From an uncultured bacterium (GTDB taxonomy: Bacteria > CSSED10-310 > CAZUFC01), in the NCBI GenBank assembly GCA_964619725.1, contig CAZUFC010000170.1, positions 1 to 15,514 on the forward strand: a stretch of DNA of 15,514 bases, given 5' to 3'. A program made the translations under genes and the position numbers. The notes below the pieces were generated by a model that saw only the letters and a program-made list of their open reading frames with translations, searched no databases and was not told the origin of the DNA. Positions 9,401-15,514 of the stretch are shown here, piece by piece. Within the stretch, counting starts at the first letter, position 1, and each line of letters starts with the position of its first letter.

Positions 9401-12320
9401 ATCCGACGGAACGTATTACGGTTCAGGCAACAAAAACCTTAATTTTTACGGAAAAGAAATCGTGCTGGTGTCTGAAAGCGGACCTGAGAACTGCATCATA
9501 GATTGCGAATACAGCGGAAGAGGGATTTACTTTCACAGCGGGGAAAACCGGAATACGGTTGTCAACGGCTTTACTATACAGAGAGGATATTACTCCAACG
9601 GCAACGGAGGAGGGATTAAATGTCAAGACAGTTCACCGATGGTTAAAAACTGCATATTGAAGGACAATACGAGTCCCGCCGGGTACGGAGGTGGAGTATA
9701 TTGTCGAAATTCTTCACCGAAGCTGGTCGATTGCACGATCATTCGAAACACGGCTTCGGCTTCCAATGGCCTTGGCGGCGGGATATACTGTAATTATTCC
9801 GAAGCGGAGATCATCGACTGCACCATATCGGACAATCACGCCCAGTACGGCAGAGGCGGGGGAATATCGTTTTATTTTTATTCGCCGAAAATATCCGGCT
9901 GCACCATATCGGAGAATACAGCCTATTATGAAGGCGGAGGGATATGGTGCGATTCTGCGGAGCTGATTATTTCCGACAGTATGGTTTCCAGGAATTCCGC
10001 CCAAAACTATGGAGGTGGACTTTATTGTCTCTATACTCCACCCACGATAACCAACTGCGTGTTCTCCGGCAATTCTTCAGGTCACGGCGGCGGCATTTAC
10101 TGCGACTATTCGGATGCGTCGATAGTGAATTGCACTTTTACGCTTAATACTTCAAATCACGGTGGAGCGCTCCGTTGCATAGATTCTTCTCCTGCGATTA
10201 TAAACAGCATATTATGGAACGATTCGACCAGTGAGATTCATGCGACCGGCGAATCGTATCCCATGGTATATTATTGCGACGTTGAGGGCGGATACATCGG
10301 CGAAGGAAACATCGATGCACATCCCCTCTTTGCCTCGGGAATTTACGGTGATTATTATTTGAGCAGCGCTGAAGCCGGCCAGACCGCGGACAGTCCCTGC
10401 ATTGATGCGGGAAGCGATTATTCAGCCAATGTCTGTTATTTTTCAGCAGCGGATTTCCTTTGCATGGATGATCTGACCACGCGAACCGATCATATTGAGG
10501 ATACCGGAGCGCTTAACCTGGGCTTTCATTATTCCGCACAGTCTCCCACATCCACACCGACGCCGACTCCCAGACCGACTCTTTTGCCTTGCTCGCCGAC
10601 TCCCAGCGGCATTATCCACGTGCCAGACGATTACTCAACCATCCAGGCGGCGATCGATGCTTCCATGAACGGCGAAATGGTTCTGGTCGCGGAAGGAACT
10701 TATACAGGATCAGGCAACAAGAATATTGATTTCCGCGGCAAAAAAATCATCCTGGCTTCTGAAAACGGAGCTTCCGCGTGCATAATTGATTGCGAAAGCA
10801 GCGGCCGGGGTTTCTATTTCCACACCCAGGAGTTTTGGCAGTCCACCGTCAATGGATTCACCATAAGAAACGGAGTCGCCAACGGCGCTGGAATTTATTG
10901 TATAGACAGTTCTCCCGTGATAAAAAACTGCATCATTCAGAACAACACATGCAATTCAGGAAACGGTGCGGCGATATTGTGTCGTTCTGCTTCACCCAGC
11001 ATACTTCATTGCACGATAGCAGAAAACACGGCAAGCCAGGGATACGGCGGGGGCATCTGCGGCGAGTATTCCGAGCCGCTGATTTCCGATACGTCCATAG
11101 TCAACAACACTGCCTATTACGGCGGAGGCTTGTCGTTTTATTTATTTTCCCCGTCGGTGACTCACTGCACCATATCGAACAATAACTCAACCTACGAAGG
11201 AGGAGGGATATACAGCGACGCCGCTGAATTGACGCTTCTGGATTGCCTTATATCAGAGAATACCTCATCAAGTCACGACGGCGGCGGAATGTACTGCTAT
11301 TACACCCCTCCTCACATCATCAACTGCGTATTTGCGGGCAACATCAACGGCAACAGAGGCGGCGGGCTCTTCTGCGAATTCGTCGACGCGGAAATTATGA
11401 GCTGCACTTTTACCAATAACACTTCCGGCCAGGGCGGCGGAATATACTGCGATGATTCGGCTTCGATCATAAGGGATTCCGTCATTTGGGGGAATACACC
11501 TGATGAGATAATGACTCAGGGTGTGAAAAGTCCGGCCGTTACATATTGTAATGTAGAGGACGGCTATCCGGGCGAGGGAAATATCGACGAGTATCCGTTG
11601 TTCGTTTCCGGCGATCTGGGTGACTACTATTTGAGCCAGACCGCAGCCAGTCAAACTTATCAAAGCGCTTGCGCAGATGCAGGGAGCGTTCCGGCCGATC
11701 AACTTTGTTACCATCTGAAGCCGGAGATTTTATGTATGAACGACAGTTACACCAGGACCGACCACGTAACGGATGCCGGACAAGTCGATATAGGCTTTCA
11801 CTATTACATTCCCCAGAGTCCGATACCGACGCAAACATTTACGCCACTGCCGAATACGCCGACTCCCACCCCGACGAAAACGCCGACCTCAGCGCCGAGC
11901 CTGACTCCCACATACACAACAGTGCCGGCGACTGATACTCCCACTTCCACGCCTTCAATACCGGCAACGCAAACGCCGTCGACCGATACTCCCACATCGA
12001 CTCCGACTACCTCTGCTACCCAGTCTCCTGCAACGGAAACCCCGACATCGACGCCCACAATCCCGGCAACCCAACCCCCTGCAACAGATACGCCTACATC
12101 GACGCCGACACTGCCGATCACTCATACGCCCGCGACAGAGACTCCGGCATCTAGCCCGACAACGCCGACAACTCAGACGCCGGCAACGCCGACAATCCAT
12201 ACTCCCACTCATGCCGCATCTCCCGTCATCTCAATTCCGTCATCATCTTATTCCTCGCTGGTTCTTCTGCTCATGGCGCTGGCGGCGATGCTAACAATCA
12301 GGAAAAGAGAGAATCGTTAA
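3432..12320 (+). CDS. Giant (2962 aa) surface protein with seven tandem right-handed parallel beta-helix (pectin-lyase-fold / Pmp-like GGGIYC repeat) modules, Pro/Thr linkers and IPTL-CTERM-like anchor; putative adhesin
   Basis: Signal peptide MRGLFISLIIVSLLNLTGFAVKA|E. Modules begin [IV]Ix[IV]Px[DN]YxTIQxxI[DN]A at nt 3504, 4551, 5829, 7116, 8022, 9324 and 10611. Coils read GGGIYCxxSSPxIxNCxIxxN. Each complete module ends YLS...SPCxDAG...TRTD...DMGFHY. Tail IPSSSYSS-LVLLLMALAAMLTI-RKRENR. Confidence 0.92.
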   Translation: MRGLFISLIIVSLLNLTGFAVKAEIINIPADYETIQEGIDAATDSDTVLIADGTYYGSGNRDIDFGGKAISVESENGAGNCVIDCEHNGRGFTFHNGEDENSIVKGITIQRGYVTTLDGGGIYCSGSSPTVIGCVLKDNTTGYSSYEKNGGGIYCSQSSATIVHCILTGNTANRGKGGGIYCSQTAPTIGDCLIVENSSYYGGGIYCAAVSPEITNCTFSMNLSSYNGAAIRCVDASPTVTNCILWDDYPDEIYLEGTSSPVVTYSDIESGYSGTGNIDSDPFFCRGHFSDFYLSSSAAGQSEESPCLDSGNTNASSVCFTTVEGTICLDARTTRTDEVADSGQVDMGAHFALSVSPTPTLTPTPSTSPTPSGIIYVPADYSTIQGAIDAATYGALVLAADGTYFGSGNRNLNFNGKVITVASENGPENCIIDCQNSGRGFIFQTNEEETSIVRGFTIQRGYVSNGDGAGISCIDSSPTIMNCIIKDNTAGYSSYDRHGGGIYCNNSSPLILDCLITRNTANRGYGGGIYCNYSEAVIKDSAISQNSSYYGGGIYCYFLSQLIDGCTITNNTSAYEGGGIRTDSAALFLTNSAVTENKGGNYGGGLYAYYTPPVVTNCLFSDNSCSTYGGGIYCENVDATVMNCTFTNNSSNTGGGLYCESSSPDVINCIFWGDILDEIGTSADSNPVVNYCNVEDGYAGEGNMDQLPLFVSGMSGSYYLSQTDAGQASDSPCLDAGSAPASELCYTSSCMDEETTRTDNVPDADIADMGFHYSPTSPTPTPTMPPSPTEAPATPTPSTVIRVPADYGTIQSAINASSNGDMVLIADGTYYGSGNRNLDFGGREIILASENGPENCIIDCEYSGRGFYFHSGEDESAVVRGLTIQRAYINDDGAGFRCSSGSPTIKNCMIKDNTAGTGSQERYGGGIYCRYSSARIINCIITRNTANRGEGGGIYCDYSEPVIQDCAITRNSGYYGGGISSYFFNQTIDNTVISDNTATYAGGAVYSDSAEMTIMNSSITGNTSNNQGGGIYCHFTPPAITNCIISDNTSGNGAGIFCDYADATIMNCTFTNNFSSTGGAVFCDDSSPVILNCILWDDSTNEIHETGDSYPLVFYCDVENGYAGEGNIDADPAFAPGFFGNSYLSHTEAGEPTDSPCIDAGSENASDFYYFSDTFFYIMNELTTRTDHVADAGILDMGFHYAVPGSATPTATPTATPTDVPPSATPGSIIYVPYNYSTIQAAINAANEGDKVLVADGTYYGSGNKNLDFYGKEILLASENGPENCIIDCEYSGRGFELDDGEIRSSVIDGFTIQRGYHSDGGGIYCSNSSPTVKNCILKDNTASSGSSERFGGGIYCHNSSPRLENCTIFRNTSSYGRGGGIYCNYSEPEIIGCTISDNHAQYGKGGGISFYFYSPKISGCTISDNTAYYDGGGIWCDSAELTISDSVISGNSAIGDNGGGLYCLYTPPTITNCVFSGNSSGHGGGVYCDYADAGILDMGFHYAIPDSATPTPTPTATPTEVPPTATPASIIYVPYNYSTIQSAIDAASEGDKVVVSDGTYYGTGNKNLDFYGKEIVLASENGPENCIIDCEYSGRGIYFHSGENRNTVVNGFTIQRGNYPNDHGGGIYCQNSSPTVKNCVLKDNTASSGSSERFGGGIYCNNSSPRLENCTIIRNTSSYGRGGGIYCNYSEPEIIGCTISDNHAQYGKGGGISFYFYSPKISGCTISDNTAYYDGGGIWCDSAELTISDSTLAGNTSTGGHGGGMYCLYTPPTIINCVFSGNYTGGDGGGVYCNYADAAILNCTFTQNTSDYAGAVSCADSSPMIMNSILWGDAPGEIYTTGESYPEITCCDVEGGYSGEGNIDADPEFAEGAQGDLYLSQTAAGQAADSPCLDAGGEPSADFCWLSYPSFNCMDELTTRTDHIADAGILDMGFHYAIPDSATPTPTPTATPTEVPPTATPASIIYVPYNYSTIQSAIDAASDGDKVLVSDGTYYGSGNKNLNFYGKEIVLVSESGPENCIIDCEYSGRGIYFHSGENRNTVVNGFTIQRGYYSNGNGGGIKCQDSSPMVKNCILKDNTSPAGYGGGVYCRNSSPKLVDCTIIRNTASASNGLGGGIYCNYSEAEIIDCTISDNHAQYGRGGGISFYFYSPKISGCTISENTAYYEGGGIWCDSAELIISDSMVSRNSAQNYGGGLYCLYTPPTITNCVFSGNSSGHGGGIYCDYSDASIVNCTFTLNTSNHGGALRCIDSSPAIINSILWNDSTSEIHATGESYPMVYYCDVEGGYIGEGNIDAHPLFASGIYGDYYLSSAEAGQTADSPCIDAGSDYSANVCYFSAADFLCMDDLTTRTDHIEDTGALNLGFHYSAQSPTSTPTPTPRPTLLPCSPTPSGIIHVPDDYSTIQAAIDASMNGEMVLVAEGTYTGSGNKNIDFRGKKIILASENGASACIIDCESSGRGFYFHTQEFWQSTVNGFTIRNGVANGAGIYCIDSSPVIKNCIIQNNTCNSGNGAAILCRSASPSILHCTIAENTASQGYGGGICGEYSEPLISDTSIVNNTAYYGGGLSFYLFSPSVTHCTISNNNSTYEGGGIYSDAAELTLLDCLISENTSSSHDGGGMYCYYTPPHIINCVFAGNINGNRGGGLFCEFVDAEIMSCTFTNNTSGQGGGIYCDDSASIIRDSVIWGNTPDEIMTQGVKSPAVTYCNVEDGYPGEGNIDEYPLFVSGDLGDYYLSQTAASQTYQSACADAGSVPADQLCYHLKPEILCMNDSYTRTDHVTDAGQVDIGFHYYIPQSPIPTQTFTPLPNTPTPTPTKTPTSAPSLTPTYTTVPATDTPTSTPSIPATQTPSTDTPTSTPTTSATQSPATETPTSTPTIPATQPPATDTPTSTPTLPITHTPATETPASSPTTPTTQTPATPTIHTPTHAASPVISIPSSSYSSLVLLLMALAAMLTIRKRENR
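7540..7772 (+). repeat. 233-nt intragenic direct repeat, copy in module 4 (identical to 8452-8684)
   Basis: Direct comparison: TCCGCAACACGTCTTCC...GATTTCCGACAGC is identical at an offset of 912 nt. Confidence 0.9.
7905..8080 (+). repeat. 176-nt intragenic direct repeat at the module 4/5 junction (identical to 9207-9382)
   Basis: GCGGATGCGGGTATCCTTGAC...GCGGCGAGCGA is identical at an offset of 1302 nt, including the Pro/Thr linker. Confidence 0.9.
8452..8684 (+). repeat. 233-nt intragenic direct repeat, copy in module 5
   Basis: Identical to 7540-7772. A diverged third copy lies in module 6 at about 9790-9980. Confidence 0.9.
9207..9382 (+). repeat. 176-nt intragenic direct repeat at the module 5/6 junction
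   Basis: Identical to 7905-8080. Confidence 0.9.
11925..12179 (+). repeat. Five degenerate 17-aa (51-nt) stalk repeats
   Basis: PATDTPTSTPSIPATQT / PSTDTPTSTPTTSATQS / PATETPTSTPTIPATQP / PATDTPTSTPTLPITHT / PATETPASSPTTPTTQT. Confidence 0.85.
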
Positions 12321-12373
12321 TGAGTAACCGTCGACAATTACAAATGAAAGGTTTTTATGGAGGTCTAAAGGAT

Positions 12374-14371
12374 ATGAAATTAGCTTTAAAAAAGTACAGT
12401 TTGTTCGTGTGTGTTCTTTTATGTTCCGGGTTGATTATACCCTTAATCGAAGGTCGGAGTTTAATTCAAACATCCGGCGGCAAAGGATCGAAAAGCATCA
12501 TTAATGTGCCCGAGGATTATTCAACCATCCAGGGAGCGATTGACGCCGCATCGACAGGCGATACGGTCATCATAGCGCCGGGCACATATGCTGAACATGA
12601 TATCGATTACAACGGCAAAGGGATCGCTGTTCAGAGCAGTGATCCATTCGATCCGGCAATCGTAGATGCTACTGTGGTTGACGGCTCCGACGGCGTTACT
12701 GTTTTCGATTTCCATTCAGGGGAAAGCGCTTCCAGCGTGCTCAGCGGATTAACCATTACCGGTATCAATAACTTGGATCAGGACCCGCCGGACTATTACG
12801 GCGCTGTTTCCTGTCGAGAAGCTTCCTCACCCACTATTACTCATTGTAAGGTGACCGGCAATTATCTTAATTTCGGCAGTGGAGCGGGAATTACATGCAT
12901 TGATAATTCTTCGCCGAGCATCACGAATTGCATTTTCAGCGAAAACAGCAGCAGCGGATACGGCGCCGGGATTGATTGCAACACTGATTCATCTCCTTTA
13001 ATAACCGGCTGCACGATATCAAACAATTGGAGAAGTCATGGAATCGGATGCATCAACAATTCGACGCCAATCATCAGTAATTGCGTTATTTCAAACAATT
13101 CGCTTAGAGGCGTATATGTAACTGGAGCAGCTATTGCGATCATTGAAGACTGTTTGATATCCGGAAATAACGGTGGGGGAATGGAGATTTATTATTCAGG
13201 TTCGATGCTAGTCGATAATTGTACGATTACAAATAACTATGCCAGTTTTTCAGGCGGGGGAATAGGGTGTTGGGGAGACGATGCGCAATTAACCATTACT
13301 AATTCGACAATCAGCGATAACACAAGCGTCCGTTTCGGCGGCGCCGTCGGTATGGGCGGCAATAGCGTTATCAATGCAGAATACTGCTGGATATCCGGAA
13401 ACAGGATTCAATATCAAGGACAGTCGATTGGAGGAGGAATTTACTGCGGTCCGGGAAAGTTTAAGAACTGCGTTATAATCGACAATTACTGCGATCATCA
13501 AGGGGGCGGGATTTTCGGTTATCCAGCCGTCGATAATTGCCTGATAGTGGACAATGAGGCTGCTTCAAGCGGAGGTGGCATTTATTTGCAATCCTTCCCT
13601 GCCAGTATCAAGAATTCGACTTTCTCGGGAAACGTTGCTTTGGATGGAGGAGCGGTTTACGTGGAGGAAGAAGCTGATGTCGCCATCACGGACTGCATTC
13701 TGCGGGGAGATTCACCATCAGAAGTATCAGGCGATCCGGCAATTACATATTCGAATGTCCAGGGCGGTTATACAGGTATCGGCAATATCAACGCAGATCC
13801 CTTGTTCGTGTTCGGAATAAATGGTCCTTATTACCTGAGTCAGACGGCATCAGGGCAGGCATCGGACAGCCCCTGCGCGGATGCGGGAAGCGAACAGGCG
13901 GAAAATATCTGTTTTTTGCTGGCTGACGGGGAAGTATGCATGAACGAATTTACGACGCGGACTGACGAGGTGAATGACTCCGAACAGGTGGACATGGGAT
14001 GGCACCCCTGTATAGAATGGCAGGGTCCGACACCAACGATTACTCCCACTTTGATTCCTACAGATGTCCCAACCGAACTTCCCACGAATACTCAACTCCC
14101 GCCGACCCTCACGGCTACTTCCGCACCCAGTTCGACGCCCACAGATTCGCCGTCTTTTTCACCGTCCGTGACCATTACCCCCACAATGTCGCATACTCAT
14201 ACGAAAACGCCTACTCAGTCGCCGACAATTTCTCACTCTCCTGTCAATACTTCAACAGCTACATATACTCCGACAACCGCTCCAGTTCCTTCACTTCACG
14301 GAAGAAGCGTTTTAGCTTTACTGATCTTAGCTTCTTTCATTTTATTCGCTTTTCAGAAAAAAAATAATTGA
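12374..14371 (+). CDS. Secreted single-module parallel beta-helix protein with P/T stalk and IPTL-CTERM-like anchor (divergent paralog of the giant protein's modules)
   Basis: The ORF is open from ATG 12320, which overlaps the upstream stop (TAATG). ATG 12374 is the more likely start because it follows GGAGG (12359-12363) and gives the signal peptide MKLALKKYSLFVCVLLCSGLIIPLIEG. It has IINVPEDYSTIQGAIDAA, GGGIxC coils, the same cap YYLSQTASGQASDSPCADAG...TTRTD...DMGWH and the tail VPSLHGRS-VLALLILASFILFAF-QKKNN. Confidence 0.88.
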   Translation: MKLALKKYSLFVCVLLCSGLIIPLIEGRSLIQTSGGKGSKSIINVPEDYSTIQGAIDAASTGDTVIIAPGTYAEHDIDYNGKGIAVQSSDPFDPAIVDATVVDGSDGVTVFDFHSGESASSVLSGLTITGINNLDQDPPDYYGAVSCREASSPTITHCKVTGNYLNFGSGAGITCIDNSSPSITNCIFSENSSSGYGAGIDCNTDSSPLITGCTISNNWRSHGIGCINNSTPIISNCVISNNSLRGVYVTGAAIAIIEDCLISGNNGGGMEIYYSGSMLVDNCTITNNYASFSGGGIGCWGDDAQLTITNSTISDNTSVRFGGAVGMGGNSVINAEYCWISGNRIQYQGQSIGGGIYCGPGKFKNCVIIDNYCDHQGGGIFGYPAVDNCLIVDNEAASSGGGIYLQSFPASIKNSTFSGNVALDGGAVYVEEEADVAITDCILRGDSPSEVSGDPAITYSNVQGGYTGIGNINADPLFVFGINGPYYLSQTASGQASDSPCADAGSEQAENICFLLADGEVCMNEFTTRTDEVNDSEQVDMGWHPCIEWQGPTPTITPTLIPTDVPTELPTNTQLPPTLTATSAPSSTPTDSPSFSPSVTITPTMSHTHTKTPTQSPTISHSPVNTSTATYTPTTAPVPSLHGRSVLALLILASFILFAFQKKNN

Positions 14372-14395
14372 AATGAACCTGAATCACAAATGATA

Positions 14396-14560
14396 TCAAT
14401 ATGTTAGGGTGTCCGTGTCAAGAGTTCAGATGTTTGAACTTCAATTAATCAACGCTCTTCTGCCGGATATAGGGGAGGCTAAAAACCGCACACTTGTTAT
14501 GCCGAATTATAATGCAAGAAAAACAAATAAATTCAATAGGTTAGGGTGTCCTTGTCAGGA
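14396..14560 (+). repeat. Intergenic 28-nt imperfect direct repeat pair (14396-14423 and 14533-14560) overlapping IHF-consensus-like sites
   Basis: TCAATATGTTAGGGTGTCCGTGTCAAGA vs TCAATAGGTTAGGGTGTCCTTGTCAGGA, 25/28 identical and 137 nt apart. 14394-14406 TATCAATATGTTA matches WATCAANNNNTTR exactly. Confidence 0.75.
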
Positions 14561-14592
14561 ACTCTCAACTTTTAATTTTAGGAGAATGTAGA

Positions 14593-15514
14593 ATGAAGAG
14601 AAATAATCGAGTAAAAATGTTGATAAGCCTGTTGAGCATATTGAAAAGCAAAATGAGGAAGAAAAGAATTTCAACGAGCTCCTGATCTGTTCAATCTTCG
14701 CGACTTTCATATTGATTCCAAGAATAAATGCTGATATTACAAGTATTTACGGTGAGTGGGCGGAAATTCCAGATACTCCACCTTTCGAGGCGTATGATGA
14801 TCAGGGATTGGCATATGTTCCCTCTGAACATTCGATTTATATGGCTCAGGGCAACAATTTCAGCGGGAAGGGTTTCGCTCGTTATGATCTGGAAACTGGA
14901 GCATGGACGATTCTGCCGTCATCGCCCTGGTCGATGCATGGAGGAAATGTATTGTATGAGAACGGAGACAATATTTTCGTGACTGGTTTCGATAATAACC
15001 ATTTATATAGCTACAACATAACGTCAGCTTCATGGACGAGTTTGACTCCTGCACCAAATAGCTGCAGACATAGCGGGGCTGTCATCGCCAATGGTTTTAT
15101 TTACTGCGTTCAATGGGTAGGCGCTGAATTTTACAGGTATTCCATTGCAGGAGATGAATGGGCGACCCTGACCCAGGTTCCCGAGAGTTGCTCTGCCGGT
15201 TCGATTGCCTGGGACGGCGATGATTGCATATATGTTACCCAGGGACACTATGGAACTGATTTTTATAGATACAGCATAAGCGGCGAAGTATGGTCTTCTC
15301 TCGCTTCAGTCCCGGTTGCTTCTGCTTATCAGGCAGGTTTGTTTTTAGACGGGTACCTCTTTTGGGTTGAATCAGATGTTTCCAATGATTTTTGGGCTTA
15401 CGATATTGAAAACGACATATGGTATGAAGATTTACCTGAGATTCCCAGTCTTATTACTGAAGAGCTTTTTCCGCTGTGCAGGATTTTGGAGAAAAATTTT
15501 TCCAAGTATTCCAA
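14593..15514 (+). CDS. Kelch-type beta-propeller secreted protein, 3'-truncated by the window and apparently frameshifted near its 5' end (pseudogene or sequencing error)
   Basis: My manual translation shows a frame open from 14607 to the window end: ...LLICSIFATFILIPRINA|DITSIYGEWAEIPDTP...FARYDLETGAWTILPSSP...LYSYNITSASWTSLTPAP...FYRYSIAGDEWATLTQVP...FYRYSISGEVWSSLASVP...FWAYDIENDIWYEDLPEIP, with Kelch Y-x5-W blades. The SD (AGGAGA, 14580-14585) and ATGs 14593/14617/14653 are in a different frame that stops at TGA 14683-14685. Confidence 0.8.

Noticed and set aside
3432-12320. Chlamydial Pmp or type V autotransporter call
   Set aside because: Only the GG-x-I coil motif is shared. The C-terminus is a P/T stalk plus a TM helix, not a beta-barrel.
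14683-14685. TGA recoding (selenocysteine or alternative genetic code) to rescue the Kelch gene
   Set aside because: The Kelch domain is in a different frame, so readthrough would not join them. TGA also acts as a normal stop after the anchors of three other genes here.
14728-15248. ORF-track entries 14728-14982 (+), 14860-15057 (-) and 15030-15248 (-)
   Set aside because: They overlap the Kelch-encoding frame (open from 14607 to the end), which has clear repeat motifs. These entries do not.

Overview
This window is a co-oriented (+ strand) cluster of five genes for secreted or surface proteins. Each complete gene has a signal peptide, a repeat-built head domain, a Pro/Thr/Ser-rich stalk and a C-terminal [IV]P[AS]xxxx[GS]-hydrophobic helix-basic tail resembling a variant IPTL/PEP-CTERM sorting signal. 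In order: (1) the 3' end of a gene made of 42-nt S/P/T tandem repeats; (2) an Asp-box (BNR) beta-propeller protein; (3) a 2962-aa protein with seven tandem Cys-rich parallel beta-helix modules; (4) a single-module beta-helix paralog; (5) a Kelch-type propeller gene that the ORF track misses, which appears frameshifted in its signal peptide and runs off the window. The giant gene shows recent internal recombination: 176-nt and 233-nt identical blocks between modules 4-6, and an in-frame 387-nt deletion in module 4 at a 9-nt microhomology. A 28-nt direct repeat with IHF-like half-sites lies before the Kelch gene. I found no RNA genes, CRISPR array, transposase or processing enzyme (exosortase) in the window.
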